A DNA stretch of 52,949 nt from Thermodesulfovibrionales bacterium (GTDB taxonomy: Bacteria; Nitrospirota; Thermodesulfovibrionia; Thermodesulfovibrionales; UBA6898), in assembly GCA_044450345.1 (NCBI GenBank), contig JBIOIY010000012.1, positions 1 to 52,949 of the forward strand. Reading direction: 5' to 3'. Position 1 is the first letter of the stretch. The number at the start of each line of letters is the position of its first letter. Shown here piece by piece: positions 1-8,703 of this stretch. The notes under the pieces are model-generated. The model did no database searches. It saw only the letters and a program-made list of their open reading frames with translations, and had not been told where the DNA came from. A program made the translations under genes and the position numbers.

Positions 1-81
1 GGGTGAGATTCGAACTCACGGTAGAGTTGCCCCTACAACGATTTTCAAGACCGTCGCCTTCAACCGCTCGGCCACCCCTCC
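1..81 (-). tRNA. tRNA-Ser(TGA), 3' end cut by window edge
   Basis: Reverse complement GGAGGGGTGGCCGAGCGGTTGAAGGCG ACGGT CTTGAAA ATCGT, long variable arm, GTGAG TTCGAAT CTCAC; anticodon TGA. Confidence 0.95.
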
Positions 82-317
82 GCATGATTCCTCAGCCATG
101 TCCGCCCAGTTCCACTCTTGAGATACAGCTCTCGTATCCGGGCATCAGAATAGCTTGAGAATTCTTCCGTATATATTACCTCAAGTGGTCTTCTGTTCTT
201 TGTAGTCCTTACCCGTCCAGCATTATGATCCTTGAGTCTTTCAGCCAAGTCTCTGGGTGATCCGGTATATAGACGTCCGTCACTACACCTTAGGACGTAA
301 ATAAATCCTTTATCCAT
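60..317 (-). CDS. Small GIY-YIG nuclease (UPF0213-like)
   Basis: FIYVL..LYTG..RL..HN..RP..E..AR.RE..LK pattern; last codons (EGWPSG*) read through the tRNA-Ser 5' end. Confidence 0.88.
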   Translation of the reverse strand: MDKGFIYVLRCSDGRLYTGSPRDLAERLKDHNAGRVRTTKNRRPLEVIYTEEFSSYSDARIRELYLKSGTGRTWLRNHAEGWPSG

Positions 318-351
318 ACGATTCCCCCAAAAAACCTTTCGCCGAGGAGAA

Positions 352-372
352 CAACCGCTCGGCCACCTCTCC
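352..372 (-). repeat. 21-bp copy of the tRNA-Ser 5' end (direct repeat of 61-81, one mismatch)
   Basis: caaccgctcggccacctctcc (352-372) vs caaccgctcggccacccctcc (61-81). Confidence 0.9.
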
Positions 373-442
373 GAAGCCCTTATTATAGCAAAAACATATC
401 AATTAAAACCCCCGACTTATGAGTAGCATCTCATGCCTTCAC

Positions 443-482
443 TTCACAATTTTTTCATAACATTTTCAAAACTTCTTCACAA
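443..482 (+). promoter_or_regulatory. Four TTCAnAA repeats at 11-bp period (PhoB/OmpR-type operator array)
   Basis: ttcacaa 443, ttcataa 454, ttcaaaa 465, ttcacaa 476; -10-like TATCTT at 491. Confidence 0.6.
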
Positions 483-541
483 GTCCCCGTTATCTTATGT
501 CAATAATGATCGTGAACGAAAGTCTTGTTAAGGAGAAAATC

Positions 542-784
542 ATGAGCTGTCCATATTTTAAAGAAGGCTATTTTGGTATCTGCGTTGCTCCGGACGCTAT
601 TCACGTTCCCGGTATCGATGAGATGGAGAGATTCTGCTTCAGATCATGGTACGGTAACTGTCCGAATATCGCATTCTTCAAGGACCCTCGGAACAGAGAA
701 AAATCTTGCGCTAATAATGGTCCCAAAAAAATGACCCCTGAACAACTTGCCGACCCTTTACCTCGAATGCAACGCAAAAGCTAA
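542..784 (+). CDS. Small Cys-rich hypothetical protein
   Basis: AAGGAG RBS before ATG 542; MSCPYF..C..C..CP. Confidence 0.65.
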   Translation: MSCPYFKEGYFGICVAPDAIHVPGIDEMERFCFRSWYGNCPNIAFFKDPRNREKSCANNGPKKMTPEQLADPLPRMQRKS

Positions 785-810
785 AGGGGGACAAAAGCCC
801 CCCTTTAGCT
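779..810. terminator. Hairpin terminator between convergent genes
   Basis: agctaaaggggg / ccccctttagct 12-bp inverted repeat. Confidence 0.8.
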
Positions 811-818
811 TAATTTCG

Positions 819-2051
819 CTATTTCTTTGCCGCAGTCTTCTCGGCCCTTAATTTCCCTGCCTCGTCCTTCATCTTCTGCAGCGTCTCTTTCATCGGGGCC
901 CAGCCATACCAGTGCATATAGTCCGGGTTCATATGGAACGCGCCCTCAAACGCCCTCATTCTGTACTCGAGGAACATCACATAAAGGTCCTGCTCTATCG
1001 CGGTCTTCGCCTCGTAGAACTGGAGAAGATCAGGGGCAAACGCCCAGTCAGCGGGCTTTTGAAGTGTCCCGTCACCATAAAGGCCTTGCACAAGTCTGAT
1101 CGCCTCAGCCATTATCTTGTCAACGTCCCTGACCACCATGTCAGCAGCGTCAAGCTGGCCCTTTGCATATTCCTTTCCATGGCACTGCGCACAGATATTG
1201 ATCATCTTGTCGCGTTCCTTCTGGAACTCTTCCTTCGTAAGTCGTGCGACCTTTCCTGCCTTCACAAGATCAAGCCTTGCTGTTGGTGCACCCTTGTCAT
1301 CCAGGACTCCAAGCGCCTGAAGTATGGCGACTCTGTCGTTCATCCAGTCTTTGTCCTCTTCAGGCAGTCTCAGTGCGAGAAAGCCCCATGATGTCATGAC
1401 ATTGTGGTCTCCCCCGTTCATGTGGCAAGTCTGGCATGTCGGTGCCCTTCTGCTCTTGTTGCCCTCAATCTGCCAGATAGTGCCGTGTTTGGATGTTGAA
1501 TACATCTCCCATTGCGGATGATCAAATCCCATATGACAGGTCTGGCATGCCCGCGGGTCCTGAGCTTCCGATTTTTTGAAAGAATGTCTAGTGTGACACG
1601 AGTCGCACTGCGCGTGGCCGTAACGATAATTTGTCTTTGCTGCATCCGGCTGAACGCCGATCTTGTGGCAGCTTGAGCATCCCTTGTACCCTTCACCGGC
1701 AATGGCCTTGGGCTGATGGCCCATCATGGGCATTGAACTTGAAGCTATCCATGCGAGGTTGTGCTTTCCGGCCTTAAACTGGTCAGTCTGCTTCTGGTGG
1801 CATCCCGCGCAGGTCTCGGGTGTCGGCATCTTGGCAAGTTTTGCATCATCCATTTTCTTGTGTTCGGAACCGTGGCACGATGAGCAGTCAACCCCTTTTT
1901 TGGACATCTTCCCCTCGAAGAATTGCTGGACAACTCCGGGAGTCACCTTTTTATGACAATCGATGCAAGCGCTCTTTTGTTTGGCAGCAAGCGCTACGCT
2001 GCTGTACATAATGATGAACCCGATCACTATCACAACTTTGAAATGTTTCAT
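819..2051 (-). CDS. Octaheme cytochrome c, hydroxylamine oxidoreductase (HAO) family
   Basis: Signal peptide; 8 CxxCH; CHMGFDHPQWEMYSTSKHG and HMNPDY.HWYGW motifs. Confidence 0.85.
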   Translation of the reverse strand: MKHFKVVIVIGFIIMYSSVALAAKQKSACIDCHKKVTPGVVQQFFEGKMSKKGVDCSSCHGSEHKKMDDAKLAKMPTPETCAGCHQKQTDQFKAGKHNLAWIASSSMPMMGHQPKAIAGEGYKGCSSCHKIGVQPDAAKTNYRYGHAQCDSCHTRHSFKKSEAQDPRACQTCHMGFDHPQWEMYSTSKHGTIWQIEGNKSRRAPTCQTCHMNGGDHNVMTSWGFLALRLPEEDKDWMNDRVAILQALGVLDDKGAPTARLDLVKAGKVARLTKEEFQKERDKMINICAQCHGKEYAKGQLDAADMVVRDVDKIMAEAIRLVQGLYGDGTLQKPADWAFAPDLLQFYEAKTAIEQDLYVMFLEYRMRAFEGAFHMNPDYMHWYGWAPMKETLQKMKDEAGKLRAEKTAAKK

Positions 2052-2331
2052 AAACTCTCTCCTCTTAAAAATTCACTTTTTTGAACATCATATTTCGACA
2101 TCAAAACTAGTCGCGAAAGCTTTTTCTTCAGGCATGCCTCCCTTCTTCCCCTGATTGTTGCCTCCCGGGTTTGCCGGATACGAAATTATAGTACCTATGA
2201 TACAAGAGGACCTATGAAACTCCTATGATTAAGATCATATTGTGCGGTCCTCGCTTGACTGAGTTGCAGATTAGGCAAAGCATTGTATGACGGCACTACC
2301 GGGGAGAAGAGAGGGCAGGAATGTGGCGGTC

Positions 2332-2374
2332 TTGACTTTAAACGTTGTCATCAGTATAATCAGAATATTCTGAT
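2332..2374 (+). promoter_or_regulatory. Sigma70 promoter of the hgc cluster with overlapping palindromic operator
   Basis: TTGACT(2332)-17 bp-TATAAT(2355); perfect palindrome ATCAGAATATTCTGAT 2359-2374. Confidence 0.75.
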
Positions 2375-2406
2375 AAGTCAGCGTTAGCGCATATAAGGGA
2401 GATCGC

Positions 2407-2682
2407 ATGAGGAAAAAGAAGGGGGACTTGACTTGCAGCATCACCGCGGGGAAGAACAGTGCCAGCTGTAAGGTCGAATCGATAATCAGCGTCGACGAGA
2501 GAGGGCAGATGGTGCTGCCGAAGGAACTCCGGGAGAAGGCGAAGATCGGGGCCGGGGACAAACTGGCTGTCACGAGCTGGGAGAAGGACGGGGCGGTATG
2601 CTGTATAACCCTTATAAAGGTGGAAGACCTTGTGGAGATGGTGAAGGGCCAGCTCGGCCCGATACTTAAAGAAATATTATGA
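2407..2682 (+). CDS. AbrB/MazE-fold HgcAB-associated protein
   Basis: SVDERGQMVLPKELREKAKI..GDKL AbrB motif; VCC; overlaps hgcA start. Confidence 0.85.
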   Translation: MRKKKGDLTCSITAGKNSASCKVESIISVDERGQMVLPKELREKAKIGAGDKLAVTSWEKDGAVCCITLIKVEDLVEMVKGQLGPILKEIL

Positions 2683-3818
2683 GTTCGCCTCAACTGAAAT
2701 TCGTCGATAAGCGCCCCGGAGATAAAAGCCCGGGGCCCTTCATCCCTTTGGGGGCGGGGCCTCAGGTCCGGCCTTCATGGGTCACGGGTACTATTAAGAC
2801 CGGGACGGGCGTTGCCTCCCGGGTGTCCACTGAGGTTACGAGGTCCGACCTCTGGGAGCATTTCAGATGCAGGATCGGCTCCTTTAGAGACGGTTATACG
2901 GTCAGGCCCGGCCTTTACGCGGCGGGGAATCCTGGCAGCAACTCTGATGTCCTGGTCAGCGCCAATTACAAGCTCAGTTTCGATCATCTCAGACGCCAAC
3001 TGAAAGGGCTTGACGTCTGGATCATCGTCCTGGACACCAAAGGCATCAACGTGTGGTGCGCGGCGGGCAAGGGGACCTTCGGTACAGATGAACTCATTAA
3101 GCAGATTACCTCTGCGAAATTGGACAAGGTGGTCGATCACAGGCGGACCATTGTTCCCCAACTTGGCGCGCCGGGGATAAACGCTCATACGGTAAGGCAA
3201 ATGACAGGATTCAGGGTGCATTACGGCCCGGTATATGCCGGGGATATACGAGAGTTCATCAACGCAGGATATAAGGCGACACGGACGATGAGGACGGTCA
3301 GGTTCAACATGATCGACAGGCTGGTCCTGACGCCGATGGAGATAAATCCCGCGATGAAAAAGTATTATCCCTGGTACGCTTTGGCTATACTCGGTATCTT
3401 CGGCCTCCAACCGACCGGCATTATCTTCAGGGACGCATGGCAGGGCGGGTTGCCGTTTCTGCTTCTCGGTCTCATATCCATACTGGCCGGAGCCTTTCTG
3501 ACCCCCCTCCTCCTTCCCCTAGTTCCATTCAGGTCTTTTGCGGTTAAAGGCTGGATCGTCGGCATGGCCTCTCTTTTTGCCGTATCGCGGGTTCCTCTTT
3601 TCAAACAATCGAGTGACTTTCTTCTCCTGGTTACTTATATTTTTTTCCCACTGGCAAGTTCTTACGTCGCCCTTCAGTTCACCGGGTCCACCACTTTCAC
3701 CGGCATGTCCGGCGTGAAGAAGGAACTGAGGATATCCATCCCTCTTTATATCGTCAGCGTTGTGGTTTCACTGGCGCTGCTCGTGGTTTATAAACTCGGA
3801 CACTGGAGGGTCTTATGA
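2679..3818 (+). CDS. hgcA: Mercury methylation corrinoid protein HgcA
   Basis: Cap-helix motif NVWCAAGKG in corrinoid domain plus C-terminal TM helices with FTGSTTFT. Confidence 0.97.
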   Translation: MSSPQLKFVDKRPGDKSPGPFIPLGAGPQVRPSWVTGTIKTGTGVASRVSTEVTRSDLWEHFRCRIGSFRDGYTVRPGLYAAGNPGSNSDVLVSANYKLSFDHLRRQLKGLDVWIIVLDTKGINVWCAAGKGTFGTDELIKQITSAKLDKVVDHRRTIVPQLGAPGINAHTVRQMTGFRVHYGPVYAGDIREFINAGYKATRTMRTVRFNMIDRLVLTPMEINPAMKKYYPWYALAILGIFGLQPTGIIFRDAWQGGLPFLLLGLISILAGAFLTPLLLPLVPFRSFAVKGWIVGMASLFAVSRVPLFKQSSDFLLLVTYIFFPLASSYVALQFTGSTTFTGMSGVKKELRISIPLYIVSVVVSLALLVVYKLGHWRVL

Positions 3819-4111
3819 AATATCTGGCCAATGTGGCAAGCCTTGAACTGATCCCGGAAAAGTGCACGGGCTGCGGCACATGCATCGACGTCTGCCCGCA
3901 CAACGTCTTTACGCTAAAGGACAAGAGGGCGGTCGTCCTCGACAGGGACAGCTGCATGGAGTGCGGGGCCTGCGCCATGAACTGCCCGTCCGGGGCACTC
4001 ACCGTCGACAAAGGCGTTGGCTGTGCCGCGGCACTCATCAACAGCATGGTGACCGGCGGCGAGCCGACCTGCGGCTGCAGCGACAGAAAAAGTGCGGACG
4101 GCTGCTGCTGA
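3815..4111 (+). CDS. hgcB: Mercury methylation ferredoxin HgcB
   Basis: Two CxxCxxCxxxCP motifs including CMECGAC; GVGCA; C-terminal CC; overlaps hgcA stop. Confidence 0.96.
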   Translation: MKYLANVASLELIPEKCTGCGTCIDVCPHNVFTLKDKRAVVLDRDSCMECGACAMNCPSGALTVDKGVGCAAALINSMVTGGEPTCGCSDRKSADGCC

Positions 4112-4132
4112 CTTGGGCGGGTGATAAACAAC

Positions 4133-5212
4133 ATGCCTGAAAGAAAAGCCGGCAAGCTTTCCTTTATCGACAGATTTCTTACCCTCTGGATTTTTTTTGC
4201 GATGGCTTCAGGGGTCTCTCTGGGTTATTTTGCCTCAGGGCTTGAAGCCTTTATTAATAAGTTCCGGGTCGGCACAACCAACATACCCATTGCTATAGGC
4301 TTGATACTGATGATGTACCCTCCCCTTGCGAAGGTAAAGTACGAGGAGTTGGGACGGATCTTCAACAACAAGCGGGTGCTTGTGCTGTCTCTGGTTCAGA
4401 ACTGGGTTATCGGTCCAGTCCTGATGTTTTTCCTTGCCGTCGTGTTCTTAAGAAGCTATCCGGCTTACATGACAGGCCTGATACTCATCGGCCTGGCCCG
4501 CTGTATTGCGATGGTAATTGTATGGAATGATCTTGCATGCGGCGATAGAGAATATGCAGCCGCATTGGTTGCCTTCAATTCAATTTTCCAGGTGCTCTTT
4601 TTTTCTGTCTATGCATACGTTTTCATTACTGTTCTTCCCCCTTTGCTCGGTCTTAAGGGAGAGGTGGTAAACATCACCATCGGGGAGATAGCGAAGAGCG
4701 TATTCATCTATCTCGGTGTGCCGTTTCTTGCAGGGATGCTCTCAAGATTCGGCCTGATCAAGACAAAAGGCAAGGAATGGTATGAAAGTGTTTTTGTCCC
4801 CAAAATAAGCCCAATAACACTGATTGCCCTGTTGTTTACGATCGTCGTAATGTTCACACTCAAGGGAAATTACATTGTCCAACTCCCCTTCGATGTGTTC
4901 AGGATTGCCATTCCGCTTCTTATTTATTTTGTGCTCATGTTTCTGGTTTCTTTCTATCTCGGCAGAAGATCCGGGGCAGGGTATGAGAAGACGGCCACCC
5001 TTTCCTTTACTGCAGCGAGTAACAATTTCGAGCTTGCCATTGCCGTGGCGATATCTGTATTTGGCCTCAACTCGGGACAGGCGTTTGCCGCGGTAATAGG
5101 TCCGCTTGTGGAAGTTCCTGCATTGATAGGGTTAGTGAATGTCTCTCTTTATCTGCGACGAAAGTATTTCGCAAATGAGGCTTGCAGGATCACGACTGCA
5201 AGTCCTTTGTGA
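4133..5212 (+). CDS. acr3: ACR3-family arsenite efflux pump
   Basis: [48 protein letters not shown]. Confidence 0.95.
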   Translation: MPERKAGKLSFIDRFLTLWIFFAMASGVSLGYFASGLEAFINKFRVGTTNIPIAIGLILMMYPPLAKVKYEELGRIFNNKRVLVLSLVQNWVIGPVLMFFLAVVFLRSYPAYMTGLILIGLARCIAMVIVWNDLACGDREYAAALVAFNSIFQVLFFSVYAYVFITVLPPLLGLKGEVVNITIGEIAKSVFIYLGVPFLAGMLSRFGLIKTKGKEWYESVFVPKISPITLIALLFTIVVMFTLKGNYIVQLPFDVFRIAIPLLIYFVLMFLVSFYLGRRSGAGYEKTATLSFTAASNNFELAIAVAISVFGLNSGQAFAAVIGPLVEVPALIGLVNVSLYLRRKYFANEACRITTASPL

Positions 5213-5236
5213 ATAACTCAAAGGAGCTCCAAGGTC

Positions 5237-5953
5237 ATGAAAATAGCGGTTTTCGGAGATATACACGGCAATATTGAGGCGCTGAAAGTAGCTTGCCATA
5301 CGGTTCTTTCCCTCAAAGTCGACAAGATATACCATCTCGGAGACCTCGGAGGCTACGCCCCATTCGTGAACGAGGTGGTCGAGTTTCTTATTGAGCACGG
5401 CATTGAAGGCGTGCAGGGGAATTATGACTATAACGTAGCTCACGACAGTGAACACTGCGGCTGCAAATATGAAGACCCTGTTCAGGCCGAGCTTGCCGAC
5501 AAGTCGTTTGAGTGGACAAAAAAACATGCCTCCGAAAAGAGCAAGGCATACATGCGAAATCTTCCCGTGACTATATCCCTTTCCGCCCACGGCAAAAAGG
5601 TCGTTCTTTTTCATGCCGCTCCTCATAAAAACAACCTTTACTGGTATGAGGACAGACCGGACAAGTTCTTTCTTGAAATGGCTGAAAAGGTCGGGGCTGA
5701 TGTCATGATATATGGTCATACTCATAAGCCCTACAGAAAAGATATTGAAGGGAAGGTTTTCATAAACGCAGGGAGTGTGGGAAAGCCTAAAGACGGGGAC
5801 CCGCGAGCGTGCGTGACGCTGGTAGAGATAACCCCTGCGGACGTGAAGACAGACTTTTTGAGGGTCGGGTATGACATAGAAAAAACGGCGTCCGAAATTG
5901 TGAAAAGCGGATTGCCATCGTATTTTGCCGAAAGACTGAGAGAAGGGAAGTGA
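5237..5953 (+). CDS. Calcineurin-like metallophosphoesterase
   Basis: DIHGN, LGD, GNYD, GHTH, NAGSVGKPKDGDPRA; CGC motif. Confidence 0.9.
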   Translation: MKIAVFGDIHGNIEALKVACHTVLSLKVDKIYHLGDLGGYAPFVNEVVEFLIEHGIEGVQGNYDYNVAHDSEHCGCKYEDPVQAELADKSFEWTKKHASEKSKAYMRNLPVTISLSAHGKKVVLFHAAPHKNNLYWYEDRPDKFFLEMAEKVGADVMIYGHTHKPYRKDIEGKVFINAGSVGKPKDGDPRACVTLVEITPADVKTDFLRVGYDIEKTASEIVKSGLPSYFAERLREGK

Positions 5954-6573
5954 CAGTTACGGTGAGGCCAGGCAGGTTAAGTTTCCAGGAGGTCCATGAT
6001 ATCTTTCGGCCCAAAATACTCCGCTATCTGGCGCGTCTGGTTGGCGAACAGGACGCGGAGGATCTCACACAAGACGTTTTCGTAAAGGTCAGCCATGCCT
6101 TGGAGACCTTTCGGGGCGAGGCTACGGTGTCGACATGGATTTACCGTATCGCGACGAATGCAGCAATGGACCATCTGAGAAAACCTTCGTCCGTCCTGCC
6201 CGCGCGTATAGCGAGCTTCCAGGCTGATGACGATACATCATCGAGCCAAGGGGACAAAGTGGACGGACAGAGCACACCCTGCCTCGATGCACAACTGATC
6301 CGGAAGGAGATGAGCGAGTGCATCCGGGGCCTTGTTGATGACCTCCCGGAAGACTCCCGGACCGTGCTGGTCCTCAGTGAACTTGAAGAGCTTAGCAATC
6401 ATGAAATTGCCGAGATCCTTCAAGTCAGTCTTGAGACGGTCAAAATCAGATTGCACCGTGCCAGAGCAAAACTGAAAAAAGAGATGGAGAACCGCTGCAA
6501 TTTCTACCGTGATGACCGCAATGAGCTGGCCTGCGACCGGAAAATCACCCCTCTAAAATTCCACAAAAAATAG
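5950..6573 (+). CDS. ECF RNA polymerase sigma factor with Cys-containing C-terminal tail
   Basis: DAEDLTQDVF, TWIYRIATN, TVKIRLHRAR; tail CNFYRDDRNELACD. Confidence 0.9.
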   Translation: MTVTVRPGRLSFQEVHDIFRPKILRYLARLVGEQDAEDLTQDVFVKVSHALETFRGEATVSTWIYRIATNAAMDHLRKPSSVLPARIASFQADDDTSSSQGDKVDGQSTPCLDAQLIRKEMSECIRGLVDDLPEDSRTVLVLSELEELSNHEIAEILQVSLETVKIRLHRARAKLKKEMENRCNFYRDDRNELACDRKITPLKFHKK

Positions 6574-6574
6574 G

Positions 6575-6603
6575 TGTATCCTTTTCCTTCCCACTTCCGT
6601 CTA
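6575..6603 (+). promoter_or_regulatory. Putative ECF-type promoter
   Basis: TGTATCC-16 bp-CGTCTA immediately after the sigma gene stop. Confidence 0.55.
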
Positions 6604-6618
6604 TAAGGTCACAAGGAG

Positions 6619-6888
6619 GTGACCCACATGTTTCCATGTACAGGTTTTGGTTACGAATTTTGGTGGATATTTCCGATCATCATGATAGTTATGATGGTCC
6701 TTTGCTTTTTCATGATGGGAGGACGAATGAGCTCGATAATGTGCTGGCGAGGTTCCCGCGGTAAAGATAGCCACAGCGGGAATACTTCAGACTCGGCACT
6801 GGATGTACTCAACAAACGGTATGCTCAGGGAGAGATAAGCAAAGAGGAGTATGAAGAAAAAAGAAGTGTCATAACCCGGCACAACTGA
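6619..6888 (+). CDS. SHOCT-domain membrane protein
   Basis: One TM helix; ALDVLNKRYAQGEISKEEYEEKR; AAGGAGG RBS (start 6619 or 6628). Confidence 0.85.
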   Translation: MTHMFPCTGFGYEFWWIFPIIMIVMMVLCFFMMGGRMSSIMCWRGSRGKDSHSGNTSDSALDVLNKRYAQGEISKEEYEEKRSVITRHN

Positions 6889-6942
6889 CTGGCACAGTAA
6901 TTAAAGACAGATTTTAATCGTAAAGATTACAGGAGGTATGAT

Positions 6943-7170
6943 ATGCAGATGAAAGAAATAAAAGACAAAGGAGACAAGGCCAAATCCGCTGACTTCGGAT
7001 TTTCTCCGAAGGGTCAGAGGATGTTTGAGATGATGAGTACGTGCTGCGCGGGCCAGGGCGGATTCCCCGATTGCTCAACCATGATGAAAGGCATGATGGA
7101 AGCAATGAGAAGTCGACCTTGTTGCACACCAAAAACAGAGGATACTGAATTTGATGGGAGTAAGAAATGA
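6943..7170 (+). CDS. Small Cys/Met-rich protein
   Basis: AGGAGG RBS; CC..C..MM..MM..CC; overlaps next start. Confidence 0.65.
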   Translation: MQMKEIKDKGDKAKSADFGFSPKGQRMFEMMSTCCAGQGGFPDCSTMMKGMMEAMRSRPCCTPKTEDTEFDGSKK

Positions 7171-7694
7171 AACAGTCAGATACGATTTTCAATCTGGAGA
7201 TTTCAAAGACCGAAAATACCTGTCCTGCGGGAGAAAAGATCGGAAGCAGAAATCTGGAAGAAGGAAAAATCCCTGTTCTGTCTTGCGAGGGGGCCTGCAT
7301 ACGAGGAGAGATCGCCCGTCTTGCAGCCCACCTGGTGGCGAAGGAGGAGCCGTACCGACGCGGTTGTCATGGAGAATTATTCACCGTACCCGATTCGGCC
7401 TTGTCACAATGGATTAAGAAAACAGGTAAAATTGTGCTCATAGATGGCTGTTTCCTCCGATGTCATGGCAGGGTTTTGGAAAATCTGGTTGGCGAAGGGA
7501 ATTTGCTCCAGTTCGATGCACTTTCTCTTTACAAAAAGTATACAGACCGTTTTGACATTGACTCCGTCCCGGAAGCAGAAAGGAAAGAGACGGCGCGGCT
7601 GGTGGCGGACATCGTCCTCGCTGAGTTAAATAAGCCCGGGTGCAGTGCAGGGTCTCGGCCCGAGACGAGATGCCGAACTGTGTCTCAAAAATAG
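7167..7694 (+). CDS. DGC-domain putative zinc-binding protein
   Basis: SCEGAC..GEIAR.AA..C..IDGCFLRC. Confidence 0.85.
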   Translation: MKQSDTIFNLEISKTENTCPAGEKIGSRNLEEGKIPVLSCEGACIRGEIARLAAHLVAKEEPYRRGCHGELFTVPDSALSQWIKKTGKIVLIDGCFLRCHGRVLENLVGEGNLLQFDALSLYKKYTDRFDIDSVPEAERKETARLVADIVLAELNKPGCSAGSRPETRCRTVSQK

Positions 7695-7720
7695 GGATAT
7701 TATCAAAGGCCTGAGACAGC

Positions 7721-8020
7721 TTGACTATGCTTGAGATACTATCGGAATTATCAAAATCCGACGCCGCGCTCCTGAAGCTTCTGGGAAAGGCCCGGGAATA
7801 TGCGGACCTCTATCTGATCGCAAAGAAGAGACAGAAGGGCTGCGACGGTCTTGGTGAAATGACTAATCTCAAAGACGAGTTCAGGGAAGCCATAGAGGAA
7901 TTGCTGGAATATTGCAGACAGCAGAAAAGATGTCTTTCCATCAATGATTCATTTAGTATAGATTCACTGGCAGATGAATTTGAGAATAACGAAATCATCA
8001 GCAATGAACCACCTTCATAG
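7721..8020 (+). CDS. Hypothetical protein
   Basis: 99-aa ORF filling the gap in a co-oriented run. Confidence 0.6.
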   Translation: MTMLEILSELSKSDAALLKLLGKAREYADLYLIAKKRQKGCDGLGEMTNLKDEFREAIEELLEYCRQQKRCLSINDSFSIDSLADEFENNEIISNEPPS

Positions 8021-8030
8021 GAATTGACGG

Positions 8031-8696
8031 ATGGCTATTTTATCACCTGAGACCTTCAAAGACAGGGCTGTTTTTTATAAATGGGCGACGGCGCTCGCTC
8101 TCATAACGATTTCTTACAATGTAATCGAGGGCTGTGTTTCCGTCTTTTTTGGGTTTCGGGATGAAACCATAGCACTGTTCGGGTTTGGCCTTGATTCATT
8201 TGTCGAGGTGATATCGGGCGTTGGTATTTGGCATATGATTAAACGCATGAAGCAGCACGACGTCCGCAATCACGACCTGTTCGAAAGACGGGCACTCCGG
8301 ATTACAGGAGGAGCCTTCTATCTTCTTACGGCCGGCCTGATAATCACTTCTGCGCTTAACATTTTGAAGGGTACTAAGCCGGAAACGACCTTCTGGGGAA
8401 TTGTGGTATCGGTTATTTCGATCTTAGCCATGTGGGCCCTTATCCATTATAAGGTCAAGGTAGGCAGACAGTACAATTCTCAGGCGCTGCTGGCCGATGC
8501 TCAGTGCTCAAAGGCCTGTATGTATCTCTCCATAGTTCTTCTTGTCTCAAGTGTAGGATATGAGTTGACAGGCATCGGGACGGTGGATTCCCTGGGCGCC
8601 GTTGGTATAGCTTTATTGTCTTTTAGAGAGGGCCGTGAGGCGTTTGAAAAGGCGAGAGGCAATTTGACGTGTTCCTGTCAGGGGAAATGCACCTAG
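8031..8696 (+). CDS. Cation efflux (CDF-like TM domain) transporter
   Basis: YNVIEG, FGLDSFVE, ALLADA; six TM; C-terminal CSC. Confidence 0.8.
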   Translation: MAILSPETFKDRAVFYKWATALALITISYNVIEGCVSVFFGFRDETIALFGFGLDSFVEVISGVGIWHMIKRMKQHDVRNHDLFERRALRITGGAFYLLTAGLIITSALNILKGTKPETTFWGIVVSVISILAMWALIHYKVKVGRQYNSQALLADAQCSKACMYLSIVLLVSSVGYELTGIGTVDSLGAVGIALLSFREGREAFEKARGNLTCSCQGKCT

Positions 8697-8703
8697 TCAG
8701 GGG

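Noticed and set aside
2088..2135. 15-aa ORF (MPEEKAFATSFDVEI) upstream of the octaheme gene
   Set aside because: RBS spacing is poor and no motif is recognisable
4100..4128. UGA after the HgcB C-terminal CC as selenocysteine
   Set aside because: HgcB normally ends in CC; readthrough gives only three codons before another stop; the HgcA cap-helix Cys is a normal TGC
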